NCBI RefSeq assembly: GCF_009834535.1
Contig: NC_045696.1
Span: 60,452,001-60,516,000 of the forward strand
From: Camelus ferus
Taxonomy: Eukaryota
DNA: 64,000 bases
Direction of reading: 5' to 3'
The notes under the pieces are model-generated. The model did not search any database. It saw only the letters and a program-made list of their open reading frames with translations, and was not told the DNA's origin. Each line of letters begins with the position of its first letter. Positions within the stretch are counted from its first letter, which is position 1. This document shows positions 56,501-64,000 of the stretch, in pieces. Both the position numbers and the translations under genes were made by a program.

Positions 56501-58270
56501 TGTTAAAAAATATGGGATGCAGCTAAAGCAGTAGCTAGGAGTAAATTTATAGCACTAAATGCTTAATTAGAAAAGATCCAAAATCAGTAACTTCATTACT
56601 TACCACAAGAAACTTAAAAAAAAAAAAAAGTGCAAAATATAAACCCAAAGTAAGCAATAGAAAGGAAACAGGAGCAGAAATCAATGAAATTAAAAATAGG
56701 AAAATACAGAAAATCAACAAAGAAAAAAATCTGTAAGCCTCTAACATGACTAACAAAAATAAAAAGACACAAATCACCAACACTAAGACTGAAGTAAGTG
56801 TATCACTAAGATCTTGCAGCACTTAAAAAGATACTAAGAGAATACTACAAAATAACTTTACACTTTTAAACTGAACACTTAGAAGAAATGAACCAATTTC
56901 TCAAAATCACACTACCGAAACTAAACCAAGATGAAATCAATAATCTAAATAGTTCTATAACCACTAAAGAAAAATGAATTCTTAAAAGACAAAGGGGCAA
57001 AAATCATTCGATGGAGGTAGGATAGTCTTTTCAACAAATAGTGCTGGAACAATTGGACATTCATAGCCCCCCCACCCTCCCCCCAAAAGTCTAGACCTAA
57101 ACCTCACAACTACATACAAAAATTAATTCACAATGGATCATGAATGTAAATATAAAACATAAACTACAGAATTTTAAGAAGAAAAAGAGGAGCACCTTGA
57201 GGACTGATAGAAAAGAGTCCTTGGGCTTGGCACCAAAAGCATGTTCCATAAAGAAAATAAACCAAACTTTATCAAAATCAAAAACAAGTACCTGGTGAAA
57301 ACCTTCTTAAAAAGATACAGCTTATCTCAGCTACAGAGTAAGAAAAAATGTCTGCAAACCATATATCTGACAAAGGTCTTATATCTAGAATATATGAAGC
57401 TCTCAAAACTTAACAGTAAAAAAAAAATTCTGATTAAAAAACAAGCAAAAGACATGAATGGACAACAAATAATATATACAAAGATATTTAATATTATTAG
57501 CCATTAGGGAATGCAAATTAAAACTACAATAAGATATCACTAATACCTATTAAAACAGCTAAAATAAAAAATAGCAATAATAACAAATGCTGGCAAGGAT
57601 GCAAAAAAAAAAAAACAGATCTCTCATACATTGCTGATAGGAATGTAAGATGGTACATCACACTGAAAAACAATTTGGAAGGTTCTTATAAAACAAAACA
57701 TGCCCTTGCCATTCAACCCAGGGAGCTCAATCTTAGGCATTTATCTCAGAGAACTGTACACAAAATCCTGTACATGAATGTTCATAACCACTTTACTATT
57801 AATAGAAAAATACTGAATATACCAGAAGTCCTTCAACAGGTGAATGGTTAAACAAAATATGTATTAATATATCATTATATTAATCTAGAGATGGAAAATA
57901 GGTCACCAGGGAACAGGGAGGGATTTTGGGGTAGGGTACGAATATAAAGAGTAGCAATAGGGGTTTTCTTTGTGGTAGTAGAACAGTTCTGTATCTTTGC
58001 CGTTATGGTAGTCACATGAATTTATATATTCAAGAAAAATCACATAGAAGTATAAATACACAAATGAATTAGGATTTTTAAAATGGTGAAAACTGATGGG
58101 CAATTTAGCTAACAGTAATATACTAAAGTCAATTTCCTAGTTTTGATGTCTTTTTAGAGCTTTATAAGATGTCACCACTGGAGGGGAAGCTATGTAAAGG
58201 ACACATAGGACTCTACCATTTTTGTAACTTCCTGTAAGTCTATAATTATTTCACAATGAAGGTTTTTAAA
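53510..58270 (+). mobile_element. Ancient L1 retaining a 5'UTR-like region, ORF1, internally deleted ORF2 and 3'UTR
   Basis: ORF1-like peptides (RITEFEDRKIE...KRSNVNITGVPE; FEEMMAENF...QTPNKINPNKFTPGHTI) and ORF2 EN motif (TDHILGHK...FDHNGFKLEI). Confidence 0.82.
55126..55468 (-). mobile_element. Solo MaLR LTR (MLT1A-like) inserted in L1 ORF1
   Basis: TG...CA termini, ggctgctataacaaaataccac and aaacaacagaaattta motifs; perfect 5-bp TSD aggaa at 55121-55125 and 55469-55473. Confidence 0.9.
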
Positions 58271-58577
58271 ACCTTGTATGAGATGGGGGCAGAGATACAG
58301 ATGAAACAGGACTGTCCATTAACTGCTAACTACTGAAGTTAGGTTATTGGTATACAGAAGTTCGTAATACCATTGTATTTTTTTATCTATTTAAATTTTT
58401 CATTGTAAAAGGTTAACAAAAATACAAGAATGCCATATATCAAAACACTAATAGCAACTTCTTCCAGTTAATGATTTTTTCTTTTTGCTAATACACATTT
58501 AAAATTTTTCTATAAAATAATTTCCTGTATAAAACAATTTTTGAAGAAATTTTTGCTCATATGGTCTTTTGTCCAAC

Positions 58578-59422
58578 TTTTTTAAATTGAAGTACAGTCA
58601 ATTACAATGTGTCAATTTCTGGTATACAGCACAATGTCCCAGGCATGCATATACATACATACATTCATTTTCATATTCTTTGTCATTACAGATTATTATA
58701 AAATATTGAAAAATTCCCTGTGCTATACAGAAGAAACTTGGCTTTTTTTTTAATCTGTTTTTATATATAGCAGCTAACATTCGCAAATCTCAAACTCCTG
58801 AATTTATCCCTTCCCACCCCCTTTCCCCGGTAACAAGATTGTTTACTATGTCTGCGAGTCTGTTTCTTTTTGTAGATGAGTTCATAGTGACCATTTTTTC
58901 TTTCTTTCTTTCTTTTTTTAGATTCCACATATAAGTAATATCATATGGTATTTTTCTCTCTCTTTCTGGCTTACTTCACTTAAAATGATGATCTCTAGTT
59001 CCATCCATGTTGCTGCAAATGGCATTATTTTATTCTTTTATGGCTAAATAGTATTCCATTGTATAAACATACCACAACGCCTTTATCCAGTCATCTGCTG
59101 ATGAACATTTAGGTTGCTTCCATGTCTTGGCTACTGTCTATAGTGCTTCCATGAACACTGGGGTACATGTGTCTTTTCTAATTAAAGTTCCCTCTGGATA
59201 TATGCCCAAGAGTGGGATTGCTGGATCATATGGTAAGTCTATTTTAGTTTTTTGAGGAATCTCCATACTGTTTTCCATAATGGCTGCACCAAACTACATT
59301 CCCACCAGCAATGTAGGAGGGTTCCTTTTCTCCACAGCCTCTCCAGCATTTATTGTTTGCGGATTTTTAAATGACGGCCATTCTGACTGGTGTCAGGTGA
59401 TACCTCATTGTAGTTTTGATTT
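58578..59422 (-). mobile_element. Relatively young 5'-truncated LINE-1, same orientation as ZNF148
   Basis: Reverse complement aligns by eye to the L1 at 12874-13630 over the ORF2 C-terminus and 3'UTR; T-run at the left end. Confidence 0.93.
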
Positions 59423-60355
59423 GTTGTCCTATTGTTTCACTCATTTTTTAAAAGTAGTACCACAGAAAAAAAAAATTTTAACTTAAAAAGAACTCTATTG
59501 ATATTTCTTCCTCTCACAACACAGAGCTTAATTTGAAAATATTTCCTCTAAATACCCAATTTATATTTCACCCAGTTACATTTCACCTGAAAGTTCTAAT
59601 ATATTTTTCTAAAATTAACCAAAAGAATATTGCTAGAAAAGATTTACAACCAGCACAATAACTGACCATAGTGATCCTCACAAAACAGAACAGATGTCTA
59701 AGCTCAAGATACCCTAAGATGTTTTAACAATTCCAGTTGGGTTTGCATTTGCAATGTTGCCTACGGTATCACAATTAACTCCAAATTGATTTTTTTTTCA
59801 ATTGTATATGGTCTTTTTTAATTTTTCAAACTTTTCTCAAAAAGCAGATGCTGAAAAGTTTACAACAGTTACAAAGTCATGCTGAAGAATTCAACAAACA
59901 CATGCAATATCTGAAAAAGTAACAATTCACTGACTATAAGAATCTCACAATGCCATTTTAAAATTTTAGCTCAATTATTTAAATTTATCAAGCAAAGTTG
60001 ATAAAATATCATTTCCCTCAGTAATTAAAACTAATTTTAATTAAATAAGTGAATTAAAATTAAATTATAATAGAAATAACAAGAGACCTGAGCTCTGCAT
60101 CATCTGTAGGAACTTGGGTAAGTCACAATTTCTCGGAAACTGTTTCTTTATCTGCATACTGAAAGAGTAATCTTGTTAATCTTCCAGCTCCAAAATCCTA
60201 TGTACTACTGCCCTGAAACAGACTTCATAATCTTTGACCCATGGCCCTTCTAATGACAACTTTGGGAAAATATTTATAATAGATACAATACAGAGAGGCC
60301 AATTACATTATAAACACCTTTCATATGCAGAATACTACTCTCAATATACTAAAAC

Positions 60356-60535
60356 CAGGTCTTCTCCATATCAACACTACTGATACTTTGCACTGGGTAA
60401 TTCTTTGTTGGGGGGATATCATATGCAGTAAAGTGTTTGGCATTTAACCACTAGATACCAGTAAGATACCACAGCATGACAACCAATGTCTCCAGACAAT
60501 GCCAAAATCACCTCTGGTGGAGAATCTTTGCTGTT
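60356..60535. mobile_element. MER20-like hAT-Charlie element
   Basis: gggtaattctttgttggggg...ccactagataccagta...atgtctccagacaatgccaaa motif. Confidence 0.75.
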
Positions 60536-61959
60536 AGATTTAAAACTCCCAGGGTTCTTTGGAAATGGAAACGGGAAAGAGAGACAGTTTTTGTTTTTGT
60601 GACATAGGAAGAAAGGCACAAGAAACTCTAGGAATGAACAAAACAAAGCACAGCTAATATAGTAACAAGAATGAGAATACCAGTACATTAAGCTGAAGAG
60701 AAAATTCACAGGTATTCCATCTGTTAACTTCGTAAGCATCTTCAGTAAAGACAGCCAAAGGTTTTTTAATCAGAAATTAATGAAGTTAACATAATTCCTC
60801 TTCTCTCCAGCGACTGGGAGGAGGCTAAACATTCTCAAGTTACCAGCTATTCTTTAACCACTAAGAATACCCACACAAAAAACACATCCACCCACAGTTA
60901 AATACAATAAGCATCTCTCTGTTTTAATCAAATGAAAATGTGCTACAAATACCATGAAAAGTAACACTGAGGAATATCCTCCAGTCTTTTATGTATTTAA
61001 AGAAAGGCTAAAGACATTGAAAGTGGAGAAACTACATACATCTAAATGTTACAAAAGTGATTAAATCTTCTCACATTGACTTTCTGGCTCTTTAATACTC
61101 ACTATAAAATCAACTCAGCCATATTTTCCACCAAATAGACAAATACCCAGTTTCCTTAGTCTATTCTTGGACAGGTCACCAGATTGGGAATAAGAGACCC
61201 AGAGGCTATTCCCAGCTGCAAACAGACTGGTAATCTCAAACAAATTATTCACTCAGGTTAAGGTTCTACACCCATATCAAGCTGACAATACTGAAAATCT
61301 GCCCAGAAACAAGCACTGAGAAACCCAGGACTTCCTCCCGCACCCAAAGGACAACTGCAAACGTATTTTTAGATTTATTAAATCTAAAAATCTGAATAGA
61401 ATTTTATTTATAGAAACATTTAACATACTTGAAATTTCAAAACTGTGTGGTGCCTTTACCACTGCCCTTGATAAAATTAATAAATATTCTTTTTTAAAAT
61501 CACATCATGCCCAATTGTGCAAACCTTCATATGCAAATTACACTAATGATAATTACGTAAAACAAACAAACAAAAATGCTGTTTTTAATTAAAGCTCTTG
61601 GGAAGGGCTTTTAACTTTTGCATTTCCTAACTCTAGTTTTTAATCTGTTACACAAGTAGTTCTTTTCTGGCACTGTAAAAAGTGCTTCACGAAGTCTGGA
61701 GAGCAAAAGTTTGCCCTATAGCCTAATTCTGGAAAGGCCTTAGGATTGTTTTTACCACTAAACATGCAGGTTCTAATAGCGCAACCAGTACACGGATACA
61801 AGCGTACATTTCTGGCTCTTGACACCAAGTTAAAAAAACTGCCTAGTAGACCAAGTTACCCGTCTGACCTTTTCGCACACCATAAAACTGTAAACACAAT
61901 ACAGTCCAATGTAAGATTTGACAAAAACAGGGTCAGGACGGAAAGGAGGGTGTCAATTA

Positions 61960-62560
61960 ATGTTCGTCGGCCCCCGCTGTCAGGCAGACACTTCTTAGCC
62001 GCGGAGAAGCCACTCACAAAGTTTGCCATCCCGCTGGGGGAAGGGGCCCCGACTGCGCCGCGGGCCCCGACCCGGAAGACGCGTGTCTGGAAGGCCCCAC
62101 CGCCCGCCGAGGCCCGGGAGCGCCAGACACTCGGGTAGGAAAAGCCCCGGCTTCTCGGCGCTTCGCCGCCGCCTCCTCGCACGCTGGGGCACTCACGCAC
62201 GCGTGCGCACACTCACACACGTACACACAACAAAAGGAAGCCGTGCGAGCCGCGTGCGGAGGTTTGCTCCGGCGCTCCGGAAAGCTCCTCCTCCCGGCCC
62301 CCGCGCGCCGCCCCGGGCCTGCTGACTTACTGCAGCGCCCCGCGAGGGCCCATGGGTGCGCGGATGTTCGCGGCCCACCGGCCGACCCAATCCGGCTGTG
62401 ATCCGCTGCGTCTGCGGGCGGCTGCAGCGGCTCAGGGCCCACCACCCGCGCAGCTCCGCGCCGCTGCTCCGCCCGCCGCCGAGCCAAGCGCCGGCAAAAT
62501 CCCGCCCCGGCAGGCCTGCGCTCCCAAAGCCCAGGAACAGGAGGACTCCTACTCCCCGGG
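61960..62560. promoter_or_regulatory. CpG island; probable (possibly alternative) ZNF148 promoter/first exon
   Basis: Abrupt GC- and CpG-rich block in AT-rich DNA with GC boxes, ETS CCGGAAG (62072-62078), CCAAT (62387-62391), palindrome GCACGCGTGC (62197-62206) and a minus-strand donor GCA|gtaagt (exon end 62331). Confidence 0.85.
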
Positions 62561-64000
62561 TCTCTTAAGACATAAAACTATAAGATGTTAAACCCCTTTC
62601 CTTAATGAACCACTAATCAAAAGTAGTATCCAACATGGCACTCCTTAGAATAAGAAATCTTTCAGTAACCTCTTCTTTAAACCTTGCTCTTACTTCTCCA
62701 CACCTTAGTTTACTCATTTTAGTTTTCCCCTTGCCTGTTTTTAACCTAACAGCTGCATTTTCCCCCAAAAATAATTTGCCCTAAACCGTCTTTGCAATTT
62801 TACTCTTTTGAAATTTACTTTTCTAATAGTAACAAGCTTCCTCATTAAGTCCCTTCCATCTCCCACTTACCTATACAAAACCTCGCCACTTTTCTAATTT
62901 TCATCAGCGCCTACCAAACCAATTCATAAGTAACTCTCAAACACTGCATTTTCTGTCTGTTCTCTCATTCCCTCAAAGCTAACGCTCTCCAACTTAACAC
63001 ACAAATTTGCCCTAAACTGCCCTCAAATTTTGTGAACCTATTCCAGAGAGGCCACCAGTCACTGAAAAATCTATTTCCTAAACCTACCCCCAACAACTTA
63101 AAACGATCTTTTCAAATATTCTCTACCAATTCACTTGTATCATTCATAACTAAAGACTCTAATTACAGAACCTAATCAAATTAACACATTATCTCTACCA
63201 TTATATATATACATATATATATGTCTACATTACATGCAGGTGTATATATACGTGTTAACAAGTATAGAGGGGACCCTGCAAAACATCAAGTGTGTATTTC
63301 ATTCCAATCCCTTGGATATTGGCTCTTCTCAAATTTACAAGGAAAACTCCACACCAACCAAGATTTTCAGGCATCCAATCCCTATCTTTTGAAGTTATTT
63401 ACCTATGTTAAATTAATGTATCACTTAAAACATACTGTCTCCATTTCTACTATAATCATTCCTAACACGTTCCTTAAAGTATCTATCATTAGTCTAACCC
63501 ACACAATCCATTCAAATATTCAGAATATACCCCCACATGCCAAGGCCCAGCAATGTCCAAGGCTGGTCCCAGAAACAATTCTAGATCAAATCAGGCAGAT
63601 GACAGCTAAGTTGTGAGTTGGGCAACGTGGCCTCCCTGGGCAACTTTAGGCCTTCAAAGCTCTGGATAGTCTCCAAAGGTCCTTCATTATTAAATTTGTT
63701 GACTGAATAAATGTAGAAGTAAGGGAGGAAAAAAAATGGTGAATGACCCAGGGCTAGATTCTGGAATTAATTCTGAAGCAAAGCTGCACTAGGAAGGAAC
63801 ACAATACTATTTATTTTGTGCTTTCCCATATTTTTCTCACTGTCACTAAATATGCTCTCTCTCTCTCTCTGTCTCTCTCAAACATGAAGTAACATCAAAA
63901 ACCCCGATCTGAACAGGGAGGATCAGTCAGTATTCTTTGCTCAGAGGTTGAAAGAGTTAGTTAATCATGTGAGGAATATAATGCAAATACGAAGGATTTG

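Noticed and set aside
61640..62591. Multiple overlapping Arg/Ala/Pro/Gly-rich ORFs on both strands
   Set aside because: Expected from stop-codon scarcity in a CpG island; no recognisable domain.

Overview
AT-rich mammalian genomic DNA holding the 5' part of ZNF148 (ZBP-89, a Kruppel-type C2H2 transcription factor) on the minus strand. Three coding exons (32187-32519, 7418-7543, 294-417) splice in frame to give residues 1-194, through the first zinc finger. Two non-coding 5'UTR exons (48212-48292, 40730-40865) and a CpG island (~61960-62560) lie upstream; the rest of the gene is beyond position 1. The introns are dominated by L1, L2/MIR, MaLR LTRs, hAT DNA transposons and five tRNA-derived SINEs resembling camelid Vic-1, so the source is probably a camelid (inference). 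The most unexplained feature is a ~700-bp plus-strand, intronless, polyA-tailed segment (30946-31652) near the first coding exon. After one frameshift repair it encodes a 115-aa very acidic protein with a signal-peptide-like N-terminus, apparently a retrocopy of a gene I cannot identify. Other leads: a uORF-rich spliced 5'UTR, a possible back-spliced circle encoding a finger-less 124-aa product, a SINE with three stacked heads, and a cluster of K50-homeodomain motifs. Repeat family names come from recall of consensus sequences, not a database search, and boundaries without TSDs are approximate.
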